Assembly: GCA_004431415.1 (NCBI GenBank) | Contig: QPMI01000119.1 | Location: 1 to 64,000 of the forward strand | DNA: 64,000 nt | Reading direction: 5' to 3' | Source: Cyanophora paradoxa CCMP329 | Lineage: Eukaryota; Plantae; Glaucophyta | Shown here: in pieces, positions 40,463 through 49,360 of the stretch | Layout: each line of letters opens with the position of its first letter | Position numbering within the stretch: the first letter of the stretch is position 1 | Notes under the pieces: generated by a model | Database searches by the model: none | What the model was told of the DNA's origin: nothing | The model's input: only the letters and a program-made list of their open reading frames with translations | Program-made: the position numbers and the translations under genes

Positions 40463-41378
40463 CCAGAAACTCCAACTGGAATGAGTTGTCTATCCCATTC
40501 ATGTCTACAAGATCACCATAATAATCTCTAAACTCAACTGTTAACTCTCTAATGACCAAATTGCGATCGGTTATTTTTATGTATTCACTGTGCTCTCCAC
40601 TGTGATAAACATACTGTCCAATATCTTTACTTAATTGCAATCTGAGAATCGCCCCTTGATTCTGTGGTTGTGATCTTGGGACAATATTGTGGTTTGTAGC
40701 AAATGGGGAGAGTTCTTTAATGTGCATGTATAAATACTGTTCTGCATTCATATCTGTCATCTTGGATGCTTCTAACTTGTAGTTTAAGCGAGATGCCTCA
40801 AATTCATATCCTGTGAATGTTATTCCCCATTGGGGATGGTTTGGGGTGATTGGTACTCCTGCAAAATAGAGGAAATTTTCTGGGGCATATAAAGACCTTG
40901 CAGACTCTGGGAAATCGTAGATGTGCTCAATTGAAGCGACCCAATCAACAGAACTCACCCCAAGAAGTTTACCCAATCGCTGTGTAGATGCTACCAATTC
41001 GAATTGAACATTACTGTAAAACTCTAACTTGTAGGAAGTAGGGTTGTAGTAGACCTTGAATGCATATGTGAGATTGTTGCTCCCAGTAAAGGTGAAATTC
41101 AGACCATAATTATATGGACTGGTGACCCCGAAATGCCCTTGATTAATATACCCACTTGGGAGAAGGAAGACCTGTTTGGTTTCAGAGATGCCTTGGTAGA
41201 AGAATCTGACAAGAAGGTGGTCTGTTCCAATGGAATTATAGATGCTGTTGGGGATCTCTGCATACAAAACTCGACATTCTCTTGGTTTGGTTACTGGGGT
41301 TGTGAGTGCAACTTTGTAGGAGTTTTCTATTTGTCCATCTGATCGGTCTCTGCTATCTATATTGACCAGCCGAATCAT
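40446..41378 (-). CDS. Minor capsid/penton-like protein 2
   Basis: NIDSRDR...RVLYAEIPNSIY; DMNAEQYLY; orthologue of 25889-26809. Confidence 0.78.
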   Translation of the reverse strand: MIRLVNIDSRDRSDGQIENSYKVALTTPVTKPRECRVLYAEIPNSIYNSIGTDHLLVRFFYQGISETKQVFLLPSGYINQGHFGVTSPYNYGLNFTFTGSNNLTYAFKVYYNPTSYKLEFYSNVQFELVASTQRLGKLLGVSSVDWVASIEHIYDFPESARSLYAPENFLYFAGVPITPNHPQWGITFTGYEFEASRLNYKLEASKMTDMNAEQYLYMHIKELSPFATNHNIVPRSQPQNQGAILRLQLSKDIGQYVYHSGEHSEYIKITDRNLVIRELTVEFRDYYGDLVDMNGIDNSFQLEFLAIGND

Positions 41379-41406
41379 TTTAATATATGTTTATAGATAA
41401 AAGAAG

Positions 41407-42417
41407 ATGCCTGTGGATTACATTGAAGTGAGCTCTTTCAATACAATTTCGGGAGATGGACCTACTTCGAGTTTTATTGCTCGCCTCCCCAGCACATATG
41501 AATTTGTAAGAGCAGTAAGACTGGTCTCAGCAGAATTTTATAACAGCATTCCCATGGTGAGTGGTGAAACCAAACCAGGAGATGTGACAATAGATAATGC
41601 AATCTACCTTTATTGGTCTGAATATCTTTCTGGTGCAGGAAGCACTGGTATTCCAACTGATCGACCTGCTGCTGATTATGAATCATGGAAACACATTGTG
41701 ATAAGTCGCAGCACACCCATTCAAAACCACCAACAACTGGTGAATGTAATTAACTCCAAACTTGCATTGAGAGAGCCACCAGTAGCAATTCGCTGTAAAT
41801 GGGATGATACACTGAAACGAGTAATATTTCATTCCACCATACCGTTTTACCTGGCTTTCTCAACTGCAATAAACCCAACCCAGGCACAGATTCAGAGGTT
41901 TTTGAGTTCTGCTCGACTGCTTGGTCTTGATCCTGGGAGATATGGTAACACACCAATCCAATCACAGGTGTACAATACTCTTACTGATGGTATCTTCACT
42001 GGGTCGATGGTGCATGGTATTATATCTTCATTTGAACCCGAGAAGACCAGGGATAGTGTCCTATTTGTGAGAGTAAAGGAGTTGGGTGATCTTGTGCAAT
42101 GTGGTGATGGTCTCCTCACTGGATATTTCCACAAAATCGTGGTTCCTGATAAAGATTATGGTGAGCATGTCGTTTATAATTCGACAGAAGCCCATCCGAT
42201 TTATAAATACTATAACAAGAATCTGGGGCTCTCCACATTTTCGGTTGACATTGTGAATGCAATTAATGAACCAATTGATTTCGAGGGTCAACCTGTCCAC
42301 CTCACCTTCGAAATTCGATATGGTGATGAACCTGCTGGTGATCCTGTGTACGAATACTTCAAGAGGAGAATGGCCGAAACACATCCATCTTATCCGGTTA
42401 TTGCGAATTTTGCGTAA
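41407..42417 (+). CDS. Minor capsid/penton-like protein 1
   Basis: VRAVRLVSAEFYNS; YNSTEAHPIYKY; FEIRYG; orthologue of 24896-25861. Confidence 0.78.
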   Translation: MPVDYIEVSSFNTISGDGPTSSFIARLPSTYEFVRAVRLVSAEFYNSIPMVSGETKPGDVTIDNAIYLYWSEYLSGAGSTGIPTDRPAADYESWKHIVISRSTPIQNHQQLVNVINSKLALREPPVAIRCKWDDTLKRVIFHSTIPFYLAFSTAINPTQAQIQRFLSSARLLGLDPGRYGNTPIQSQVYNTLTDGIFTGSMVHGIISSFEPEKTRDSVLFVRVKELGDLVQCGDGLLTGYFHKIVVPDKDYGEHVVYNSTEAHPIYKYYNKNLGLSTFSVDIVNAINEPIDFEGQPVHLTFEIRYGDEPAGDPVYEYFKRRMAETHPSYPVIANFA

Positions 42418-42471
42418 AATCAAGGATCATTGGTGAATTTTTTATGTTGCAGTATAATAAAAGAGATAATC

Positions 42472-43845
42472 ATGGATATTACTTCGACCCTCCAACGTCT
42501 TTCTCTGAAAGAAGCTCTAACAACCCCAGAAGAAGCCAAGGCGTTCTTCTTGGACAACTCTCTCATGCTTGGTCTTGAATCCAAGTCGAAGCCAGTTCTT
42601 GTTGTTGTGAACCCAAGCAACACTTTTGAGAATAATGCTGGAAATCGCATTTCTTTCAAGCTCCCTCGCTACAATTTCTGTGGAAAACTCGAACTTGCGT
42701 TTGACCTTCCAGCTGTCACTTTTGCTGGTGATACCGACCTTGTTCGCAATGGATACGTTCGCCCAGTTGGTGCTCTTGTCTCTCGACTTGAAATCACCTA
42801 TGGATCTTACACTTTCCATGTGCCTTCTGATTTCCTTGCTCATTTCCCTCTTATCTATTACAGTGAGGATCAACTCGCCAAGAAGAAGCGTTCAATGGGA
42901 ATGGTTCATGGTATCCCTGCCCATGGAACCAACCGACTTGGTGGGTCATTTTTCACTGAAATCCCAGTCCCATGGCTAAACCACTACCTACCTCTTGGTG
43001 CTCTCTCAGGAGAAATGGTGGTAACTGTCTGGTTCAAGGATGCTGGAAAGGGTTATGTTGAGACTTCTTATGGTGGTCGTGCTCTTCCTGTTGTTGGTGG
43101 AACAGCTGCTGATAAGACAGAGGATGATGGACTTGGTGCTACTGCTAATGCTACTCTTGCCCATGTTGGTCAACAGATCACCACTTTTGGAATTGGTGCA
43201 ACAACAACCCCCGAAATTAAAGTCACTTCTCCTCGTCTTTACATGCATGCTATTAATGTTTCTGATGAACTGTTTGCTACTGTCATTGAGAAGGTGAAGA
43301 CCACTGGTATGGCTATTCCTGCTCTGGATATTGGTTTTGTTGACAGTGTCAATTTTGCTGCAAAAGGCAATGCTCAACCAAATCGTATTAACCTGTCACA
43401 GATCTCTGGTCTTGTCTATGGTCTTCTTGTTTCAGTTCGTGATGCCGCAGGTATTGATGGTTTCAATGGTTCCCACAGTGTCCTAAAAACGCATGCTAAC
43501 TCAAAAGACATCACTTTCACTGTTGAAATTAATGGTCAACGTCTCTATGCTACTGAGCCCATCCCTCTCCTCAAAGGTGCCGAATTAATTGCGGATGCCT
43601 TCAAGTGCTCAAATATGGACAAGGTTGCAGACAAATATGTCCTTAGTGGTCTACCATTCTGTGTTGATGGAGAGAAAGCGATTCGCAACATTGCCCAGTC
43701 TGGCTATGTTGATCTCACGAACTCCTCCTCTTCTTTCCTCACTCTATACATGCCTTCTGACCAGACAATCACAGTTAATGTTCGTGCTCTCATGCACAGT
43801 TTCATTATTGTTGACAAAGATGGTCTCCGACGCATTAATCTGTAA
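42472..43845 (+). CDS. Double jelly-roll major capsid protein
   Basis: Colinear homologue of 23435-24823 (MDITSTLQRLSLKEALTTPEEAK...GLRRINL). Confidence 0.8.
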   Translation: MDITSTLQRLSLKEALTTPEEAKAFFLDNSLMLGLESKSKPVLVVVNPSNTFENNAGNRISFKLPRYNFCGKLELAFDLPAVTFAGDTDLVRNGYVRPVGALVSRLEITYGSYTFHVPSDFLAHFPLIYYSEDQLAKKKRSMGMVHGIPAHGTNRLGGSFFTEIPVPWLNHYLPLGALSGEMVVTVWFKDAGKGYVETSYGGRALPVVGGTAADKTEDDGLGATANATLAHVGQQITTFGIGATTTPEIKVTSPRLYMHAINVSDELFATVIEKVKTTGMAIPALDIGFVDSVNFAAKGNAQPNRINLSQISGLVYGLLVSVRDAAGIDGFNGSHSVLKTHANSKDITFTVEINGQRLYATEPIPLLKGAELIADAFKCSNMDKVADKYVLSGLPFCVDGEKAIRNIAQSGYVDLTNSSSSFLTLYMPSDQTITVNVRALMHSFIIVDKDGLRRINL

Positions 43846-43907
43846 AACCATGATCAGTAACATTTCGTTATTTTTATCTATCTTTATTAAGAAAGATCCA
43901 CAAAGCC

Positions 43908-44690
43908 ATGAACGATTTGGAAGAATTTAATGCAGGCGAAATGATAACCCCACCATTTCGTGCTCTTTTCATAGGAAAGTCTGCAACAGGCAAGTCAGAA
44001 TGTGTGAAATATTGGTTGAAACAGCTGCATGATGCGAAAAAGATCGATACTGTTCTTGTTGTGAGTGGGACGTCCTTCAATCATTTCTGGGATGCAGTTG
44101 CAACATTGCAACTCGGGAAATGGGATGCTGCTTACATTTCCAAATTACTGGATGAAAGGCAGGAGAAAATCGAAAAAGGGGAACCTGTGAATCAAATGTG
44201 TATTGTCCTTGATGATTTAATAGATAATGAGTTAGTCGATTTAACTCGCGATAAAATTGTTGGCTCTGTTTTCAATAGGGGGCGCCATGCGATGGTGTCC
44301 TGTGTCTGCATAACTCAGAAATTGCGTAAGGTTTCTTCAACAATTCGAGTAAATTCGGATTATGCTGTGTTCCTGAGTGCTGCAAATCGAAAAGAACTCG
44401 AAGCCATTGAAGAGGAATACAATATCATGCGAAACAAAGACGATTTCTATAAGATGTTTGAGGAGTATGTGCACTCTTACCAATATCTTGTGTGGTCTTC
44501 TGCGAATTATTCGGTGAACTATTATGTTGATAAAGCGGATCTGGTCAAAGATTTCCCATTTCCTCGGTTCCACAGGAAGCCCAAAAAGAAAGAAGATGAA
44601 CTACCATCACCACAGAAAGAGGAAGCCCCCAAAGAGGTCAAGAGTGGTGTTCATTCGAATAAACTGATGCGATATAAGAGAGGTTTGTAA
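43908..44690 (+). CDS. A32-like packaging ATPase
   Basis: GKSATGKS, CIVLDD, RGRHAMVS, TQK...IRVNSDY. Confidence 0.92.
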   Translation: MNDLEEFNAGEMITPPFRALFIGKSATGKSECVKYWLKQLHDAKKIDTVLVVSGTSFNHFWDAVATLQLGKWDAAYISKLLDERQEKIEKGEPVNQMCIVLDDLIDNELVDLTRDKIVGSVFNRGRHAMVSCVCITQKLRKVSSTIRVNSDYAVFLSAANRKELEAIEEEYNIMRNKDDFYKMFEEYVHSYQYLVWSSANYSVNYYVDKADLVKDFPFPRFHRKPKKKEDELPSPQKEEAPKEVKSGVHSNKLMRYKRGL

Positions 44691-44718
44691 AATAATCTCT
44701 GCTTCTAATAAATATACA

Positions 44719-45453
44719 ATGCCTTCCAAACGCAAAGTTGGTGTTCCTGCTGGTGCTATGTCATATTCTGCATCCTCTGGAACCGGTTCTATTAACACAG
44801 AGCCCATGAAATTCAATGGTGTCAATGAAGTTAAAGCATCACAGCAACAGGAGGATCCCCTCAATGCTGCTTACGAAGAATCACCAGATGCTAAAGCGCC
44901 CCAGACATCCACCAGTGATCAATTGAATATTTCACCCGAAACCTCTAAGATGAAGGCAGTTGGTGAAGGTGCTCGTCGAATTATTGGTGCTGCTGATGAC
45001 AAAGGATTGGGTCTGCAAGATCTCTCACTTGCCCGAAAAGGTGAAGGTGTCTCCAAGGAATCTGACAAGGTAATTCAATCCATGGCTGGCGAGGTCACCT
45101 ACAAGGTCGCACCTACACAGAATATTCATCGAATTCCCAAAGCCCAATGGGACGAAATGACTGCGAAACTTAAAGATCTGGAAGCGAAATCCAGTGCACT
45201 TGAACAGTATGTCTCTGAGAAGAAAGAGAGAGCAAAATTGAAGGAGATGCTGCGAAAGGAGGTGTACAGAATGGGAATTACTGGTCTCCCAGATAAGCAG
45301 TTCATTGGTAAGAAAGAAACTCAAATCGATGAGCAGGCAGTTGATGAGATGAAGACCAAAACCCAGAAGGGCACCATTGAACCTGGTGCTACCAAGGCAG
45401 AGGTTGATAAAGGTGTTGCCCCAACAGTATATAAACGACGAGTTTGGCTATAA
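44719..45453 (+). CDS. Conserved coiled-coil protein (possible core protein)
   Basis: Homologue of 22039-22671. Confidence 0.7.
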   Translation: MPSKRKVGVPAGAMSYSASSGTGSINTEPMKFNGVNEVKASQQQEDPLNAAYEESPDAKAPQTSTSDQLNISPETSKMKAVGEGARRIIGAADDKGLGLQDLSLARKGEGVSKESDKVIQSMAGEVTYKVAPTQNIHRIPKAQWDEMTAKLKDLEAKSSALEQYVSEKKERAKLKEMLRKEVYRMGITGLPDKQFIGKKETQIDEQAVDEMKTKTQKGTIEPGATKAEVDKGVAPTVYKRRVWL

Positions 45454-45480
45454 TTATCTCGCTTTAAGAGAGAGAATATC

Positions 45481-45714
45481 ATGGATTTTCTGCGCAAAAT
45501 CATTGAAATGTTTAATCTCCACATTGTGAGCAATTGTCACAGTGGTTGCTGTGACACCAAAGTCGAAATCGAGTTCTCAGACACTGAAAGCCATGGATCT
45601 GGTGGAAGGAGATTATCCACAGACTCGGTGGATTTCGAAGAGCATATTAAGACAGAGACAGTGAGGCGAAGGTCTGTATCTTTCACAGATCCGAAATTAA
45701 ATCTCGGTAATTAA
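45481..45714 (+). CDS. Small CC-motif protein
   Basis: Homologue of 35781-36107. Confidence 0.7.
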   Translation: MDFLRKIIEMFNLHIVSNCHSGCCDTKVEIEFSDTESHGSGGRRLSTDSVDFEEHIKTETVRRRSVSFTDPKLNLGN

Positions 45715-45915
45715 TATCGAATGCTCAGTCTCCCTGAGATCTATGCTATCCTGGACAGGAAATCCGCTGAATATGCAACAGAAGCCGCAATAAAAAAGCG
45801 TAGACAGGAACTGGTCTCGATCTGCAAAAAATGACAAGGGATTTAAGGGTAAGGTGTGTTTGATTGGTGAACCCGGACAAATTATTTTCTCGTCCAAATA
45901 TAAGGAACATATCAA

Positions 45916-46143
45916 ATGGAAACTGAATCTGTGGTCGAATTCGAACTTGCAATGAGCGAAATGGATCCCAATGAGAGGAAAAGGTTGTATGACCGCTTGT
46001 ACTTCCAGAAACGTTATCAAGATGAGGAGTTCCGTGAATTATATCGTAAAAAGGCACTGGAACGATATTATCGCAGGAAAGCTGCTGAGATGGATCCCAA
46101 TAATCCAGTAAAACGCCCAGTTGGTCGTCCCAGGAAATACTGA
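45916..46143 (+). CDS. Small basic protein with AT-hook
   Basis: C-terminal KRPVGRPRKY. Confidence 0.65.
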   Translation: METESVVEFELAMSEMDPNERKRLYDRLYFQKRYQDEEFRELYRKKALERYYRRKAAEMDPNNPVKRPVGRPRKY

Positions 46144-46330
46144 ACCGCCCCCAAAGTCCCAAATATCCGCTGAATCCTTTTTGTTACCATGATCGATCGA
46201 CTTTTCGATGGATCATTACCATATATCGAGCGCCAATCGGAAAACCCAAAGGTATTTAAAGGTTAGCCGCCAAAAAATGACAAGGATCCGGAGAAATTAA
46301 TTTCTCCATTAAGTATAAGAAGACCCCAAG

Positions 46331-48724
46331 ATGTTCAACTCTCAGCAACCGAACGGACTTAAAATCGCTCTCTTTGAGAAGGTGGATCGCTCCACTCTCA
46401 AATACCTGATTGATAATTTCGAGACTTTGGAGTATCGACCTGATATTGATGCAACTGCTACTCTCACCCTTCTCCAACGTTATTTCAAGGATTTGAAGCG
46501 AGATGGGCGCATTGAAGTTAAATATCATCAATGCAAGCATAATACTGGTCGTTATTTCGTGAATCTTGAACACATCAAGAAGAAGCAAGCATCAATGCAA
46601 GGAATGCCCAGAGAATTCCGCCACACTCTTGCTCGCGATTTCTACTACGATATCGATATGAAAAATGCGCATCCCACACTTCTCATTCAGTATTGTGAAA
46701 AAAATGAAATCGTTTGTGAGGGTCTCACTGATTATGTCGACAATCGTGATAGTATCATTGCTGATATAAGCAAGAAATCGGGACTTTCTCGCGAAGATAT
46801 CAAGAAAGCGTTTCTTTCTGTTGTAAACGGGGGTGGGGGCTCAATTGATAACAAGGAGCTGCTGAACCACCCCAAGTTCAAAGCAGTTAAGAACGAAATC
46901 ACAGGAATTCACGCTCAAATTGCAAGCATGCCCGAAAACCACAACTTCTTCTTGATTTGCAAGCGAAAGAAGGAGTATAACATCTTTGGTTCAACCATTA
47001 ATATGGTTCTTTGCAAATTGGAGAATGAATGTCTGATTGCGCTTTGTCAGTATTTAACCTCACTTGCTGTGAAAGTCGGTGTTCTCGTTTATGACGGTTG
47101 TATGGTTGAAAAAGCCCTTGAATTACCCGAAACTCGTCTCCACAATATTCTCTGTGATGCTACCAAGTATATTGAGAATATCACTGGCTACAAGATTGAG
47201 TTGATGATTAAACCAATGGATCAAGGATTTACGATTCCAACAAATTCAAAAAGTGTATCCTCTCCTCTTAATATTGTTCGGGATGATCGTGAAGCTGCTC
47301 TCACATTTGTTAAATCGATTGAGGGGCGAGTGGTCATGTCTGATGGTCGTATATTCGCTCAGACAGACGATTTTCTGTGGACTGATGATTCCACAATGGT
47401 CTACAATATAATGTTGAAATTGTGCATGCAGTGCTTCATGTTCAAGGAGGATGACAAACGTAACTTGAAGCCATATTCTACCAATCTTACTGGGGCAGAT
47501 CGAATTATCAAGACAGCCAAAGCATTTCTGCCCAATAATCGTGTGTTCTACAATGATATTATGTGGTCATCGACCATTGGGAAATTGTGCTACCGAAATG
47601 GTGTGTATGATTTCGAGACAAAGAAGCTCACACCATGGGACAAATGTGACAAGATCTATTCTACCACTCGAACTGAGAGGGATCTTCTTGTTGACAAAGA
47701 TGGATATGTGATCAAGCCATCTGATTCGGATATTCAAACCCTTTTCGACAAGATTCTGGAACCCGTTTTCGGAACTGATTCGATTTCTTCTGCTCTGGAA
47801 TTCACAGCTCGTGCAATGGCTGGGAAATACGAAGATAAACAGTGGGGATTATCAATTGGTGAACGCAATTGTGGTAAGGGGGTTTATGTGAATCTCAATG
47901 AAAATACCTGGGGAAGTGGATATGTGCACACCATCAGTGGGGAGGCATTCTTGCTGAATAAGAACTCAGATGACAACGATACCTCCAAGTTAAAGTGGAT
48001 GAAACCTTGTGAATTTCGTCGTCTGACATTCACCCAAGAGATGAAATTCGATGTCTCAAACACAAATATTAAGGTGAATGGTGCAATGATCAAAAAGAAG
48101 GAATCTGGTGGTGATGTTCAATGCATGCGTGTTCTTTATGAAAATGAGGTCAATATTCGCCTCCAAAGTCGTTTGTGGATGATCATGAATGATGTTCCAC
48201 CCATTTCCCCATCTGATACCCTTCAAACCATGGTATTGTTCAAGCACCCCCACAAATTCGTTGATCAAAAGACTGTTGAGGAAATGAACTCTCCTTGTGT
48301 GAGATTGGCTTCGGAAGATATCAAGAGTGTTCTGCTAAAAAGTCCTGAGATAATTAGAGCATTCGAATGGATGGTGTTTGAAGCCTACAAATCTCAGAAA
48401 TTCGTGGTGTCTGGGAAGGTTGCTGAGGATATTAATGAATTCCGGGAAGATGCAGGTGATGAAATGTCTCTGATCAGATCAGTGTTCGAATTCACTCGAA
48501 ATTCATCCGATTCTGTAACTTCCAAGATGGTTGAGCAAGAGATCAAGCAACTGAGACTGAATATGTCTGCAAATCGCATTAAAACTGTGATGGGTTTGCT
48601 TGGAGCGAAATATGACAAGAATGCAGTTCGCAAGAAGGTTGGTACTGGTTATGATCGTGGCTACAAGGGTGTGAAGAAGATTGATAAGACACCTACTGTT
48701 GTTGAGTTTGATGATGATGAGTAA
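46331..48724 (+). CDS. TVpol (PolA-related primase-polymerase) fused to a D5-like superfamily 3 helicase
   Basis: GRYF, SMQGMPREFR, YDIDMKNAHP (motif A), VLVYDGCMV (motif C); NGVYDF, Walker A GERNCGKG, IMND. Confidence 0.85.
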   Translation: MFNSQQPNGLKIALFEKVDRSTLKYLIDNFETLEYRPDIDATATLTLLQRYFKDLKRDGRIEVKYHQCKHNTGRYFVNLEHIKKKQASMQGMPREFRHTLARDFYYDIDMKNAHPTLLIQYCEKNEIVCEGLTDYVDNRDSIIADISKKSGLSREDIKKAFLSVVNGGGGSIDNKELLNHPKFKAVKNEITGIHAQIASMPENHNFFLICKRKKEYNIFGSTINMVLCKLENECLIALCQYLTSLAVKVGVLVYDGCMVEKALELPETRLHNILCDATKYIENITGYKIELMIKPMDQGFTIPTNSKSVSSPLNIVRDDREAALTFVKSIEGRVVMSDGRIFAQTDDFLWTDDSTMVYNIMLKLCMQCFMFKEDDKRNLKPYSTNLTGADRIIKTAKAFLPNNRVFYNDIMWSSTIGKLCYRNGVYDFETKKLTPWDKCDKIYSTTRTERDLLVDKDGYVIKPSDSDIQTLFDKILEPVFGTDSISSALEFTARAMAGKYEDKQWGLSIGERNCGKGVYVNLNENTWGSGYVHTISGEAFLLNKNSDDNDTSKLKWMKPCEFRRLTFTQEMKFDVSNTNIKVNGAMIKKKESGGDVQCMRVLYENEVNIRLQSRLWMIMNDVPPISPSDTLQTMVLFKHPHKFVDQKTVEEMNSPCVRLASEDIKSVLLKSPEIIRAFEWMVFEAYKSQKFVVSGKVAEDINEFREDAGDEMSLIRSVFEFTRNSSDSVTSKMVEQEIKQLRLNMSANRIKTVMGLLGAKYDKNAVRKKVGTGYDRGYKGVKKIDKTPTVVEFDDDE

Positions 48725-48770
48725 AATACTTCTGTTATGATTCTGATTTCTATATACATTCTTTTTATAC

Positions 48771-48996
48771 CTTACTGGAAATGGACAGTAGGCACTTGAA
48801 TAATCGAAGTAGGCACTTTTCAATTGAGGTTAGGCACTTTTAATTGACGTTAGGCACTTAGGCACCTTTCCTGGAAACTCTCTATAAAAAATAAAATCAA
48901 CGTTTTGAAAAACGCGACTTAACCTTTTTAAGACTTCTTTCTTACTCTCGATTCAAGAGTGCCTAACTGCCTACAAGTGCCTACAAAAAATGATGC
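48771..48996. repeat. Internal inverted repeat, right arm (TAGGCAC iterons, about 21-bp period)
   Basis: Begins 47 nt after the TVpol-helicase stop codon. Confidence 0.9.
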
Positions 48997-49027
48997 GATT
49001 TCAGAGATGGGATCCAAGAGCACCACA

Positions 49028-49339
49028 ATGACCACATTCTCAAAAGAAGATTTCGCCCGACTCAATCATGAATGCTATGGATCTGATCCAGTTCTGACAG
49101 ATGCAGAGCAAAGAAAAAAAGTGCTTCGGTTGATCTTGGAGAAAGGAGGATGTAAATATGATCAGATGCCCAGGCATTTCAGAAAGAAATTAGATAGATA
49201 CTGCGAAAATGGTAGAGGTCACCAGTGTGCAAATGATTTCGAGGAAATGAGAGCGGGGCAGGGTCGTCATGATGTGAACCATGCAAGAAAGCGACTTCAA
49301 GATAAACTTTCAAAACGCGTTCAAAACGCCCGAAAATAA
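49028..49339 (+). CDS. Hypothetical protein
   Basis: Charged ORF between the repeat and polB; start uncertain. Confidence 0.5.
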   Translation: MTTFSKEDFARLNHECYGSDPVLTDAEQRKKVLRLILEKGGCKYDQMPRHFRKKLDRYCENGRGHQCANDFEEMRAGQGRHDVNHARKRLQDKLSKRVQNARK

Positions 49340-49360
49340 TATGTTCCCTTAAAGTAAAAG

